A DNA stretch of 64,000 nucleotides from NCBI RefSeq assembly GCF_004010195.1, contig NC_057753.1:2005243-2069242 (forward strand), given 5' to 3'. This document shows positions 1 to 12,502 of this stretch, one piece after another; the first letter of the stretch is position 1; every line of letters begins with the position of its first letter. This stretch comes from Chiloscyllium plagiosum. Taxonomy: Eukaryota. Under the pieces are notes generated by a model, which was not told the origin of the DNA, made no database searches, and worked only from the letters and a program-made list of their open reading frames with translations. Position numbers and translations under genes: made by a program.

Positions 1-19
1 AATAATAGACTTCTGAATT

Positions 20-1093
20 TAGTTGAAAATGTGTTGCTGGAAAAGCGCAGCAGGTCAGGCAGCATACAAGGAACAGGAGAATCGACGTTTCGGGCATAAG
101 CCCTTCTTCAGGAATTAGGAAAGTGTGTCCAGCAGGCTAAAAGGTAGGGAGGAGGGACTTGGGGGAAGGGCTTTGGAAATACGATAGGTGGAGGGAGGTC
201 AAGGTGAGGGTGATAGGCCGGAGTGGGGTGGGGGTGGAGAGGTCAGGAAGAAGATTGCAAGTTAGGAAGGCGGTGCTGAGTTCAAGGGATTTGACTGAGA
301 CAATGTGGGGGGAGGGGAAATGAGGAACCTGGAGAAATCTGAGTTCATCCCTTGTGGTTGGGGGGTTCCCAAGCAGAAGATGAGGCGCTCTTCCTCCAAC
401 CGTCGTGTTGCCATGGTCTGGCGATGGAGGAGTCCAAGGACCTGCATGTCTTTGGTGGAGTGGGAGGGCGAGTTAAAGTGTTGGGCTACGAGGTGGTTGG
501 ATTGGTTGGTCCGGGTGTCCCAGAGGTGTTCTCTGAAACGTTCCGCAAGTAGTTGGCCTGTCTCCCCAATATAGAGGAGGCCACATCAGGTGCAGCGGAT
601 GCAATAGATGATGTGTGTGGAGGTGCAGGTGAATTTGTGGCGGATATGGAAGTGTCCCTTGGGACCTTGGAGGTAAGTAAGGGGGGAAGTGTGTGCGCAA
701 GTTTTGCATTTCTTGCGGTTGCAGGGGAAGGCGCCGGGAGTGGAGGTTGGGTTGGTGGGGTGTGTGGACCTGACGAGGGAGTCACGGAGGGAGTGGTCTT
801 TTCGGAATACTGATAGGGGAGGGGAGGGAAATATATCCCTGGTGGTGGGGTCCGTTTGGAGGTGACGGAAATGATGGCGGATGATACGTTGTATACATGA
901 GGTTGGTGGGTTGGAAGGTAAGGATCAGTGGGGTTCTGTCCTGGTGGCGGTTGGAGGGGCGGGTCTCAAGGGCAGATGAGCGGGAAGTGATAGAGATGCG
1001 GTGGAGGGCATCGTCGACTACGTCTGGCGGGAAATTGCGGTCCTTGAAGAAGGAGGCCATCTGGATGCCTTCCACCGCATCTCTTCCACTTCC
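20..1093 (-). mobile_element. 5'-truncated Penelope-like element (RT thumb + GIY-YIG endonuclease + 3' terminal repeat)
   Basis: The minus strand encodes MASFFKDRNFPPDVVDDALHRIS...QDRTPLILTF, then HIIYCIRCT*CGLLYIGETGQLLAERFREH (GIY-YIG) and MQVLGLLHRQTMATRRLEEERLIFCLGT. It ends in a repeat with ctgaagaagggcttatgcccgaaacgtc. Same family as 22502-23511. Confidence 0.9.
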
Positions 1094-1450
1094 ACAATGC
1101 AAGGCACAGAAATTGATAAATTGCAGGATATATTTTGTGTGTAGTGAGTTCCACTTGACTATTGAGGATCTTTGATGGTCTGGATAATTTTTAATAAATT
1201 AAGATATTTTCACCAAAAAAAAAGAACAACATGAAAACATTGCAAAGTTTCCATTGAGTTTATTTGGCAATCTGCTACAGAAAACGTATCTTTAAGTTTA
1301 CTCTACATACAATAGTATTCACATAATGTTCAAAAACGTTTAATTTGTCACCTTCACCGTGAAAAACGAGTCCTTGATATTGAAGTAAAAACATCATTAA
1401 TACTGTTTTAACTGTTGATGGTCAGTTGATGTGAACTGCACACTATGCTG

Positions 1451-1897
1451 TAAACTGACAGTGACAGTTCTGATCCAAAAGAGTCAGTCCGAGACAGGTG
1501 CACTTCGGATTCTAATGATAGGTTATCTTCTCCAACTGATTCCGAAAGTGAAAGACAAAGGACAAAAGTAAAGTGATTTCGAGGAAGATACTTCAGCTGG
1601 AAGTTACACACTGCTGCCACTGCATATTCACTTCCTAATTTCATTTCATGATGAAATCATCAAAATGATAAAATATTTTGATTAAAATCGAAATTGACAT
1701 GAAAATATTTTAATGTGAAACATGAAACGTTAAGGTGGTTACTTGTGCGCCCATGTAACTTAAGCTGGCAGAAGACATGAAGGAAACATTTAGTGGAAAA
1801 CAATTAGGAGCAAAATTGTTTCAAAAATCTTTGAAGATTTAGCGATTGTGTCGGATTTGGAACCTGAACAACAACCATTTTGACTGTTTCACGAGCG
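1451..1897. repeat. Duplicated non-coding block, homologous to 33271-33718
   Basis: Colinear matches such as gtgacag..tccaaaagagtcagt..agacaggt, aagtgatttcg, gaaattgacat, taatgtgaaa and taaggtggt..ttgtgcgccca. Confidence 0.85.
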
Positions 1898-1909
1898 GAA
1901 GAGATGCCT

Positions 1910-4150
1910 TTGCAGCTCCAGGGTTGTTATTCTTCGGGGTTCACTCCATATTCTCAAGCTGCTATCTTTGCATCGAGGGATCACAGTGCGTGCTCAGCTG
2001 TCTTGGTTACTGATCTATAAATTGTTCTCCTCATTGTAATTTACAAAACATTTCCAAGCTTCTGGAAATGTTGAAATGCTGCGTTGTTCATCAAAATCTA
2101 AGTTCTAAATGATTTTCAGTAATAACGCATGAACCCCTGCGGAATGATCAAATTAAGCCTAATCGATTCCAAAACATAACATGACAACAATTCCATGTCA
2201 ATCAGGAAAATTTATATCCATATCGTTACTGTCACTTTTAATTCATTAACTCGAGTGATATTCTCACCAGACTGTTAGGGAGCATTTATTCAATCATTTT
2301 CTCTATGCTCATCACACCAATTATACTACCATCATCATCATTTTGGCACCTTATCAAAAAATGCAGAGAAAATCTTGGGATATGACTTTCCCTCGACAAA
2401 GCAGTGCAAGCTTTTGATTAGATTAGATTCCCTAAAGTATGGAAACAGATCCTTCTGCCCAAGTCCACACCGACCCTCCAAAGAGTAACTCACCCAGACC
2501 CATTTCCATCTGATTAATGTACCTAACACTATGGGTGATTTAGCATGGCCAATTCAGCTGACCTGTAAATCTTTGGACCGTGGGAGGAAACCCACGCAGA
2601 CACGGGGTGGGGGGTAGGTTGGAGGATGCGAAAGCTCCACTCAAGCAGTTGCCCGAAGCTGGAATCGAACCTGGGTCCTTGGCGCTGTGAGGCAGCAGTG
2701 CTAACCACTGAGCCACCGTAACCAACATTGCTTTAATCGCTGCTAACTGTTTACCAAATGATCATTTCCAAATCGTTTCCTGTCACCGAAGTTTGTCGAA
2801 TCAGAACCTTTAGCTGCTGTTGAGCTTTCATTGAACATGAGCGATGATTTAATATTATTTGCAAGGATCTGTGATGAAAATGAGTGAAGTGATTAAATTT
2901 CAATTGAAAGTACATGATACTCGATAATGATCTCAATAATTCATGACGTCTCTCAAGACCTAAATGACCAATCACAAATGGAGTTTTATAAGTGAGTTAC
3001 GAATGAAGACCAGTCAGTCAGTTTGTATTGTAGAAATGAAAACACAATTTAAAACACGATCAGAAAATACTGGAGAAGCTCAAAATCTTCGGTGGATTCA
3101 GAGGAGACAGAAATTGACTTTCGTTTCAGGTCTTTGAGCAAGGGACAGACAGTGAGTGTATGTGGGGTAGAGGTGGGAAGACAAACAAAATGAGAAGTAT
3201 ACAGTAGTGTAGATGTTGGAGAAATTAAGTGATGTAAAGTTTCAAATTGTGAAACTGATGGGAAAGGTCAAAACGCAAATGATGTCTCTGCATGAGGTGT
3301 GAATGGATATCTTCAATGCAATGAAACTCATAGAAGAACCTGAACAGAAAACAAAGTCAGAGAGAAAAAACAAATAAAAAAGAGGAAACAAATCATAGAA
3401 GTTTTGAATGTCGACACCTCCAGGATGAAAATTGCTTCGGGTTGTGCCCCATTTATAATGAGAGATCGCAGACCTGCTAACTTTATTTATTCCCTCTCCA
3501 GAAGAAAAGCCCAGGGGAAAGGTCACTTGCTTTCACTTCCCTCCCTGGCTGCACAGCGATTGACATTGGAATGTAACACCTTGAGCAAGCACCGAGGAAA
3601 GAGTTAGGAAGCCCCCAGCTGGCAGGTTGTCAGTTTCAACTCATCCATTACTGGATAACAAATAATCTGGGTTTCATTTGACTTCGAAGTTCTGGCATTC
3701 ACAGATACCTGTAATGCTTGGTCATCTGCATGTTCGAGGTAAACATTTGGGAACAATGCCTAAATCTGCTCCAGTTATAGACATATTAAATCGTTCATCT
3801 GTACCTCTCTCAGCTGTCCATCGCCTTCCGTTATTTTCAAGTGCTGACTGGTTCAGCACTGAAGGACAGTAATGAAGTCAATTGTCACATAATGAAAATC
3901 CAGCAGTTTTTATGGTTATTTTGTTCCTCTCGTATCAGCTGTACACATTAGCAAATTAATTCCCTCAATTTCACAATTCGTCTCTATTCAAGTGGATTAT
4001 CTGTCACTAATTTTTGTTTTTTTTTCTGTTGTAATTCAGGTTTACAGGAAATACGAGAGGGCGTATTTTCCGTCAGGTAAACTCGATGTGAATGTTGTGC
4101 GACAGCAGAAGCACTGGTAAACACTCTCTTTCTTTGGAGGAAAATGTTGG
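1910..4150. repeat. GPCR 3'-flank module copy A (no receptor attached)
   Basis: Colinear with ~13045-14280 and ~57035-59250, e.g. cctgctaactttatttattc, aatccagcagtttt, gtcaggtaaactcgatgtg and aaaatgttggaat. Confidence 0.85.
2416..2719 (-). mobile_element. V-SINE (HE1-like, tRNA-derived)
   Basis: Minus-strand A box tggctcagtgg and B box ggttcgattcc, V-core gtgtctgcgtgggtttcctccc, and a (aatct)n tail. Confidence 0.9.
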
Positions 4151-4442
4151 AATGTCTAAAATGAAATCAGAAACTGTGATGCCATTGTTCAAGGAAGAAT
4201 TTAGATAAAAAATGCGTAATTATAGACCCGTTAGGATAAATTCTGAAATGGGGAAAATGCGTGAATACATAATCAAGGAAGAAACAGCGAGTCTTCTGAG
4301 TAGAAATTGGCCATTCGGGCAGATGGAGCATGGATTCATGAAAGGTAGGTATTGTTTAACTAATTTACTGGAATTATTTAACCATATTAGGAGCACGGTA
4401 GACGACGGTGAATCCGTGGATGTGGTGCATCTGGATGCCCAG
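4150..4442 (+). mobile_element. Old CR1 LINE RT fragment
   Basis: NYRPVRINSEMGKMREYIIKE...QMEHGFMKGRYCLTNLLELF...VDVVHLD, matching CR1 RT motifs NYRPVSL, QHGF and VDVVYLD. Confidence 0.85.
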
Positions 4443-7400
4443 TGTTAAAATTTTTCAAGAAGGTAGCCTAATCCCTAAATTTTCTTGTAGTTTTAAGCTG
4501 GTGTAAATTTGATTTTCCAGGAGGGATGCAGCGGTCCCAACTACTCAGTAATAAACAAAGTCATATTTATCCACACATGAACAAAAAGAAATGGAATTTA
4601 GAACAATATAAGTATTTACAAACCCAATCGACACTTTCACAAATTAAAAATGCTGTTCCAAATACTTGCAACATCGTCATAACCATACCCTTGGCAAAAA
4701 GAAACGTAAAATCCCTGAACGTTGCCACCCAGGTGGATAGTGCTGTTAAGAAGGCATACGGTGTGTTAGGTTTCATTTGTAGAGTGATTGAGTTCCAGAG
4801 CCGCAATATCATGCTGCAACTATACAAAACGTTGGTGCGGCCACACTTGGAATATTGTGCACAGTTCTGGTTCCCATATTTCGGGAAGGATGTGGAAGAA
4901 TTGGAAAAGGTGCAGAAGAGATTTACCAGGATGTTGCCTGGTCTGGAGGGAAGTTCTTATGAGGAAAGGCTGAGAGACTTGAACCTGTTCTCATTGGTAA
5001 AAGAAGGCTTAGAGAGGATTTGATAGAGACCTACAAGATGATCAGAGGATTAGATAGGGTAGACAGTGAAAGTCTTTTTCCTAGGATGGTGACGTCAGTG
5101 TGTATGAGGGGGCATAACTATAAATTGAAGGGTGTTAGATTTAAGACAGATGTCAGAGGCAGGTTCTTTATGCAGAGAGTGGTAATGGCGTGGAATGCAC
5201 TACTTGCCAATGTAGTCAAGTCAGCCACATTAGGGAGATTTAAACAATCCTTAGATAAGCACATGGATGATTTTTGGAGAGTGTAGGAGGACGAGCTGAG
5301 CATAGTTCACAAGTCGGTGCAACATCGAGGGCCGAAGGGCCTGTTCTGCGCTGCATTGTTCTATGTTCTATCTTCTAAAATCAATCACAGGTTCTTGCAG
5401 GAGAGATGTCAGTGAAATTTAGCATGGAACCTCCTCCCAATGCATTCCTCAGGCTAAACTGATCAGCAGTTCTGAAGAGGCAGAGGAAAACAAACCAGGG
5501 TAAAGCTCAGCTGGGAGAACTGGCCACTCCCCTTATATTGCACATTTTTAAAACTTGAAACCATTTTGCCTGAGCCGGTATCTGTTAGTTATAATAAAAT
5601 TAGCCCCAAAACCCATACAAACCAGATGTATTGCAATCTGTACATGTGCAGAGCTTGGAAAGAAAGTGAAAGAGAAGTTAAACCCTGTAAAATGAGCAGC
5701 ATCGTCAGACCTACGCCCTTAAAGAAAATGAACCATCCATATCCAAAAACGGCTTCATTTTAAAATCCCTTAATCTCACACTTTTAGTGTACTACACTAC
5801 CCATATTGACTCAACATCAGCATCAAGCTCAACGTCAACACCAAGTTTCCTTCTCAACTGTCAAATATTTCTGCTGACCCAGCTTTCAGGCTTTCAAATG
5901 CCTTTTGCCAATTCGCTGTCCACTGAAACCTCTTGGCTTTCTTTATCAATCCCGTGAGTGGAGCATCCATTCTGCAGAGGCTTGGTATGGATTTCCGATT
6001 TTTAAAAAAACTCAACCTCAGGAATTCGAAGACTACTCTTTTCTGTCGATCGTATGGGAAACTCCTCCGATTACCTTGGCTTTTGCTTTTCGTGGGGCCA
6101 TGTGTCCATGTCCAATAAAATTTGCACAAGAAGTTGACTTGGGCTTTGCAAATTCAATTTTATCCAGGTTTATCACCAAGCCTACCTCTCGAAGACAATT
6201 GATCAATTCTGATATATGTTGCAAATGTTACTTCCAACAAACCTGGAAGTGTTTGACTGAAAATAACCTGGGCATCAATACAAACTACACAATTGATAAT
6301 GGGGAAATGATCTTATTGGTTAGTCTCTGAAATTTGGCTGGCACATTTTTCATACCAAACACCATGACTTATAACTGACTCAATCGATTCGGCATTATGA
6401 AAGCAGAAATTGTCTTCACTCTTTCGGATAAACGTACCCTGGCAGTATCCTTTGAGCAAGTCAAGAGCTTGCATGTCCCACCTTTTCAACAGTCTTCCAA
6501 ACGTGAAATCGGATATGCATCAGTCTTCTTAGCTGCATTGACTTTGCGTTGGTCTATTCACAACCGTTGTATGCTGTGGGTTTTTGGCCTTATTATGGGA
6601 GAACCCCAGTCACTATAACTCACTTCAATTATCTCCTCCTGGAGCATGCGTTAATCTCCGTTTGAACCTGTGCCAACTTTAGAGGGTTATGCCTTTCAGG
6701 GTATTGCTTTATCAGAACAGCATTTCCTATGTCTACACGACGCACCATTAGGTTTTTACTTTCCAGCTTATTTCCACATGGGATAATATTAATCTTTCAG
6801 GTCATTTGCCTCTGGAAGTTAAGTCAATAATTTATCCGAATTTTCGACAACTTCCTCGTTTTCCAATTTAATTTGAAGAATTTCCAATTCAGAAACCTCT
6901 GAATTTCAAGCTTTATGTTGTACTAATGCAGTCTACTTTTACTTTCATTGCTTGTCAAAACATCTTTTGAGCATTTTCACATGTTCCACTCTGTAAGATT
7001 GCTTTCTATCTGGAGTCTCTATCAAATAGTTAACCTCACTCAATCTCCTTTCGACTCGATAACGTCCACTAAACCGCATTTTTAAAGTTTCACCTTACAC
7101 TGGAAGTAACATTAACAACTTATCACCAAAAGAAAAATTGTAAGATTTTGATTTCTTGTTTGCTTCCTGTTTCATTGTTTGCTCTCATACTGTTAAATAC
7201 TATCTAGCCAATTTCACTGCTGTGTTCAATCGTTCCCTAAAATCTGAAACATCGTTGAAATATGTGGTAGCTGAATTCTGACTAAAACATATTTTTTTCT
7301 GAATCAATTTTAACGATCCTTTCACTTCATGCACAAAAACTAATTCAAGTGGACTGAATTTGATCGAGTCATTTGTTGCACCTCTTAAGGCAACAAGTAG

Positions 7401-10400
7401 GAACGGAATTCGTTTATCCCAACCTTACAGAGTGTGAATATGCTTAAAAGCTGTTTTGACAAGTAATGAAAGTAAAAGTAGACTGCATTAGTACAACATA
7501 AAAAAATGAAATTCAGATGTTTCTGAATTGGACATTCTTTACTATCAGCCCTTTGCATGGTCTTTAATGCCTGATACGACCTTTCTGCCGCTCTCTGAGA
7601 TTATGATGACATGCAGTAGATTTTTTTTTAATTCCTAAGCTGCACATGCCTTCCTTGAATAATTTTGAAATGAAAATTTAACCCTTGATCTGATATTATC
7701 TCTGTGTGTAGTTCGCATCTTGTAGGAAATTTGAGTAAGTCCTCTACAATCCTTTTATCTGTGGTGTTGCGAAATGGAACGTCCTCTGGAATCTACTGGA
7801 GTCACACAATCAATTAAGACATGTAAAAAAGGTTCCTCAAATGTTGTATTAGTTGTGAAAAGTACGGGTTTCATCTCTACCTGTGGTTTTCCAATTATCT
7901 GACACATGGACATGCCTGACAAAGTTCAACAACGTCGTTGTGCAGTCCAGGCCAGTACAAATGTTTCTGCTTTTTAGTTAGAGTATTTCTTTCCCCTAAA
8001 TGGCCTCATCTTTACTCTTCATTTGCTACCTGCAATACCTTATTTCCATAACCCACTGGAAATATGATTTGATAAACTTCGGCCCATTTTTCTTCTGCCT
8101 GAGCATATGCTGGTCTCAATTTCATCATTGAGACATAATTTTAAGGTCGTAGCACACCAGCATGCCTCTAATTCTTCTTCTGTATATGCTGTTGATACAG
8201 TTGTTTTAGTTTATTTTTGCTGTAAGTTATTTAATTTCTCTAAACTAAATTTCTCTACTTTGTCATCCATTTACTCCTGTTCTGTGTCAATTATTTGATC
8301 AAGCAGGGGTTTTGCTAATTCTACTTCACCTTGCCTATCGGCACTTTCTGATCTCTCCTGTTTCAACTGGTGACTTTGTGACCACGTTACCACACTGTTC
8401 AGAATAGTCCCAGGATATGATTCTTTTTGATACTTAAGTTGCCCGACTTACCAGTAGCTTTTCAAACACAATAAGCAGCACTTGTAACTGTGGAAAAGCT
8501 ATAACGTTAGCACGAACTAATCGTATTCCTGGAGTTTGTCCAGTACTCCTAATACGACTTCTCCCCTCTTCACTGGACTCTCTAACCTCACTCTACATAA
8601 GTACGACTTTCTTGTCTCACTGTGAATTCCCAATCCTAGCACTTTTGTGGCAATGCTCCCTCAGAGGTGCATATCTCCTCGTCCTTTTGCATCAAAGGTT
8701 GAGAGGATCCTGTATATCTTAATATTGCTATCTCTTTACCTGCTGTTCCTGGCCTATGGCAGTAGACTTGACCTACACAGGTATATGGCTTAAGAAGATC
8801 TGACACTTCCTACTTATCTTGCATCCGACCAGGTTGTACGCTCTGGTGCAGCGTTTAGTCTACAAAGTGATTTCTGTTACCACTCCATCAAAATTCACTG
8901 GCTTATCATGTTTTCCTATATCTGGAATCCCAGTGCTTTTTCTATTCCGCCAACACGGTGATTTCACGTGGCCTACTTTATTGCAGTGAAAATACTGGAG
9001 GGTTTTACGTTCTCTTTCCCCTTCAAGGATTTCCTTTAAACCCTGTGCTAATAATTCCTATGACCTTCACCAAGATTTACTTTTCCCTTTCCAAGTGAGA
9101 ATTTCTCATTATCTCTACTTCTAAGTCTCAAAGTTGGAAGCCAAACTTTGATTTAGGAACTAACTCATAATCATGAGCCGTTTCAACAGCTAAACTTGCC
9201 GTTTTAAATTTATGCTCTTCCACATGCGTTCTCAGTAACGCCTCCAAAATAATCGTCTCTCTCAAAGCATCGTTGCTTTGCTTTGTTTTTAATGCCCCTA
9301 TCCTCCTATCAAAATGGATTCTTTCAACCTAATATATATTTGACCTGGGTCCCTCCTTGTAATCCTGAAATGTTATCTGTAGGCTTCTGGCACAAGCTGT
9401 TAAAATTGCTTCCTTCACCTTCTCATACGCTCGAGATATCTCCTCTGTTAGTGCTGCAAATACCTCACTACCTCTTCCAGCAAGTGATGTTTCAATCAAC
9501 AAAACCCATATAATTTCTGGCCACTTCATTTGTTTAGCCGCATTCTCAAATAAAATGAAAAAAAATCTTTTCCATCCTTCTCATTAAATGTAGGCAATGC
9601 TTGAATATATTTAAACAGATTTTCTCCAGGCATTTGAAACCATGGATTTGCTCACCCTTACTCTTTTCCTCACCAAGCTGATCTTCAGCTTGCATTTCCA
9701 TCCGATTAAGCTGATCTTCATTTCAAAGTGTCAATTTCTTTAGTTCAAACTCCCTCGCATTCTTTATTTCTTCTTCTTCTCTTTCTCTGTCTTCCCTTTG
9801 TTCTGCTAAAGCAATTCGTTCTTTTTTCTTTTTCCCTGCTTTTAACCGTAATTGAACCAGTTTCATTTCTTTTCTCTTACCTTTTACATTGGGTTCAAAC
9901 GTAAGCTGCTTCAGTTTGCGTTGAATTTTAGTCAGTTGCAAAATTTCTGATGGTGTTTCCAGCAAATCTAAATGTTGAGATATTGCTGTAATTATCTCTC
10001 CTTTTCTCACGGAAGGAAACAGATTCAACTCTACCGTAACTATCAATACCAGCAGGATTTCTTGTTTATTTAGTAAAGCCCCCAAAGTTAGTCATTCCAC
10101 CCCCATAAAAATCGTAGTGACTGAAAGAGCCATTAAGCACTGCTTAATCCAATCGAATTTTCAACACCCGGAACAAAAGACATTAACACTTTTCAATCAC
10201 AGCCTTTGAGTCCAGCAACACTAATCACAAATAGGAACTAAAATAAAATTCGCGCAGAACAGCCCCAGTCTGTTGCAGACAATGCCAGCTTCCTGAAAAT
10301 AATTCAAGAAGCTCGCCCAGACGCGAACGTTTTTAATGGTTTTTAGCAAATGTATGGTGGATACCGCAGGAGTGATGCAGTTGCCAAACAACTTCGTTTC

Positions 10401-10918
10401 AAATAAAATAGAATTTATTTGCAAGATTAGCGAATGGAACACAAAAGAAGAACAGAATATAGAGTAACTTAACTATTTAAAAACCCAATCGACCCTATCA
10501 CAACTTAATGAGGCAGTTCCAAATAATTGCAACATTCCCCATAAACACCCCGTTCACAAAACGTAAAATAAAAAAAACAGGTACTTACAGGAGAGAGGGA
10601 GATGACAGAGAGATTTAGCATGGAACCTCCTTCCTCTCTCGCTCTTCTTTGGATTCCCCAGTTTAAACTGACCAGTAACTGACAACCAGACTGCTGAAAA
10701 CAATACAAACGGGAGAAAAGCAGAGATAAGAGTACTGACCACTCCCCTTTCATTGTGCAAGTGATTTTTGTTTAACTCGAAAACCTTCTGCCTGAGCCAG
10801 CGTCTTTTAGGTATAATCAAACTGGCACTAAAACTCAACCAAAACTAAGGCAAATCATAACTTCTACATTTACAAACCGTCTCCGAAAAAAGAGCATGGA
10901 TGGAATAACCTTGTCATC
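4443..10918 (-). mobile_element. Decayed Gypsy LTR retrotransposon, Gmr1-like (gag-PR-IN-RT)
   Basis: Related LTRs at ~4443-5709 and ~10271-10918. PBS-like ctggggctgttc next to the 5' LTR and PPT-like aagggcgtagg. Gag knuckle YFHCNKVGHVKSPCW (~8950-8995), protease ILRYTGSS (~8700-8725), integrase HLYWPGLHNDV..C..C, PFLHVLIDCV, SDQG and FSGRY (~7960-7020), RT IDQRKVNA..KTDAYPI, FGMKNVPAKFQR and CIDA (~6570-6100). Many stops and frameshifts. Confidence 0.9.
4714..5375 (+). mobile_element. CR1 LINE 3' fragment inserted in the LTR
   Basis: LYKTLVRPHLEYCAQFWFPY...ERL and RGHNYKL..RFKTDVRGRFF..RVV..WN. Ends in gggccgaagggcctgt..(ttctat)n. TSD taaaatc at 4707-4713 and 5376-5382. Confidence 0.92.
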
Positions 10919-10919
10919 G

Positions 10920-11520
10920 TCGCTTGAGGAAATATGATTCAGAACAACGTAGTTCAGAAGGGGAAGAAAATGGGGAATGAAGACCTGGGAGTCCTGGACC
11001 AGTTGGAGATTTGTGGAGAGGATATAATAACACGAGGTAAAAACTCCAGGATTTTTTTCTTTCCCCCAACAATCATTCCTGGTACTTGGCTGCCAATTCT
11101 CCTCCACAAAGATCACAATACCTGCCTAACTCTATTGGTCAATGATCCTTTTTCTGTTCTCCTCATCAAAACTCACGAAAAGCCTTGCATGCTTCTGAAA
11201 ATGTTGCTTTGTTCAACAAAGTCGAGGTCGTTAATATATACCCGGAACAACAGTTGAACTCTTGTGGAACTTCAGCAGTAACCTTCCTCCAGTCCAGAAG
11301 ATAACTGTTAATTACGACTCCACTATGATATTCAGACAATTTCGTAAAAACATGCCAATGCCACTTCTATTTAATTAACTCAAATGATTTGCTCACCAGA
11401 AACTAATGGAATACATCATTATATCATTTTCTCCATGTTCATCAAATCAGTTACATTAATTATGTTATCTCAACAAAAATAGACACGAAAAATCTTGAAA
11501 AAATAAATGAAACGTAAAAT
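10920..11520. repeat. Partial GPCR 3'-flank module copy A'
   Basis: Degenerate colinear match to ~12890-13500 and ~56885-57820, e.g. tagttcaga, ctcctcatca, ttctgaaaatgttg, ctcaccaga and tcattttctccatgttcatca. Confidence 0.7.
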
Positions 11521-11653
11521 CATAAGATAATAAACGACAACCTAAATGGCTTTGTGAAAGACAAAACCTGGCAAGCATGATAGAATTTATGAAATTAAAT
11601 TAATGGAAACGGTAGTGTTGTTGATAATATATATGCAAAATTAATGAGATTTT

Positions 11654-11766
11654 TGATAAAGGGCTTATGCCCGAAACGTCGATTCTCCTGCTCCTCGAAT
11701 GCTGCCGAACCTGCTGTGCTTCTCTCAACTCTGATCTCCAGCATTTTCAATCCTCACTTCCTCCCT
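11654..11766 (+). mobile_element. Penelope-like terminal repeat fragment
   Basis: aagggcttatgcccgaaacgtcgattctcctgctcctc...ctctgatctccagca; same repeat as at 23420-23511. Confidence 0.85.
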
Positions 11767-12002
11767 GCTTTAATAAGATACACAATATTAGCCTTACATA
11801 TTAGCAAAATTTAAATCATTGGATTAACAAGCCCTAGAAGTTACACTGTTCATGCAAAATTGACTATGGGAGATAACACAGGAAATGGTGGTGAATGGAA
11901 TTTTTTTTACAGATTTAATGGACTGAGATTGAGGTATATTTAGGTATCCATTAGTGTGTGCACGACACACAAGTTTAAAATATAGTAAACGTGAGAAAGA
12001 CA

Positions 12003-12502
12003 NNNNNNNNNNNNNNNNNNNNNNNNNNNNNNNNNNNNNNNNNNNNNNNNNNNNNNNNNNNNNNNNNNNNNNNNNNNNNNNNNNNNNNNNNNNNNNNNNN
12101 NNNNNNNNNNNNNNNNNNNNNNNNNNNNNNNNNNNNNNNNNNNNNNNNNNNNNNNNNNNNNNNNNNNNNNNNNNNNNNNNNNNNNNNNNNNNNNNNNNNN
12201 NNNNNNNNNNNNNNNNNNNNNNNNNNNNNNNNNNNNNNNNNNNNNNNNNNNNNNNNNNNNNNNNNNNNNNNNNNNNNNNNNNNNNNNNNNNNNNNNNNNN
12301 NNNNNNNNNNNNNNNNNNNNNNNNNNNNNNNNNNNNNNNNNNNNNNNNNNNNNNNNNNNNNNNNNNNNNNNNNNNNNNNNNNNNNNNNNNNNNNNNNNNN
12401 NNNNNNNNNNNNNNNNNNNNNNNNNNNNNNNNNNNNNNNNNNNNNNNNNNNNNNNNNNNNNNNNNNNNNNNNNNNNNNNNNNNNNNNNNNNNNNNNNNNN
12501 NN
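12003..12502. other. Assembly gap (500 N)
   Basis: Run of exactly 500 n. Confidence 1.

Noticed and set aside
1455..1580. Ser/Asp-rich reading (DSDSSDPKES..SPTDSESE) suggesting an exon or transposase fragment
   Set aside because: Short and ends in a stop; the frame is not preserved in the paralogous block at 33271, and there are no convincing splice sites.
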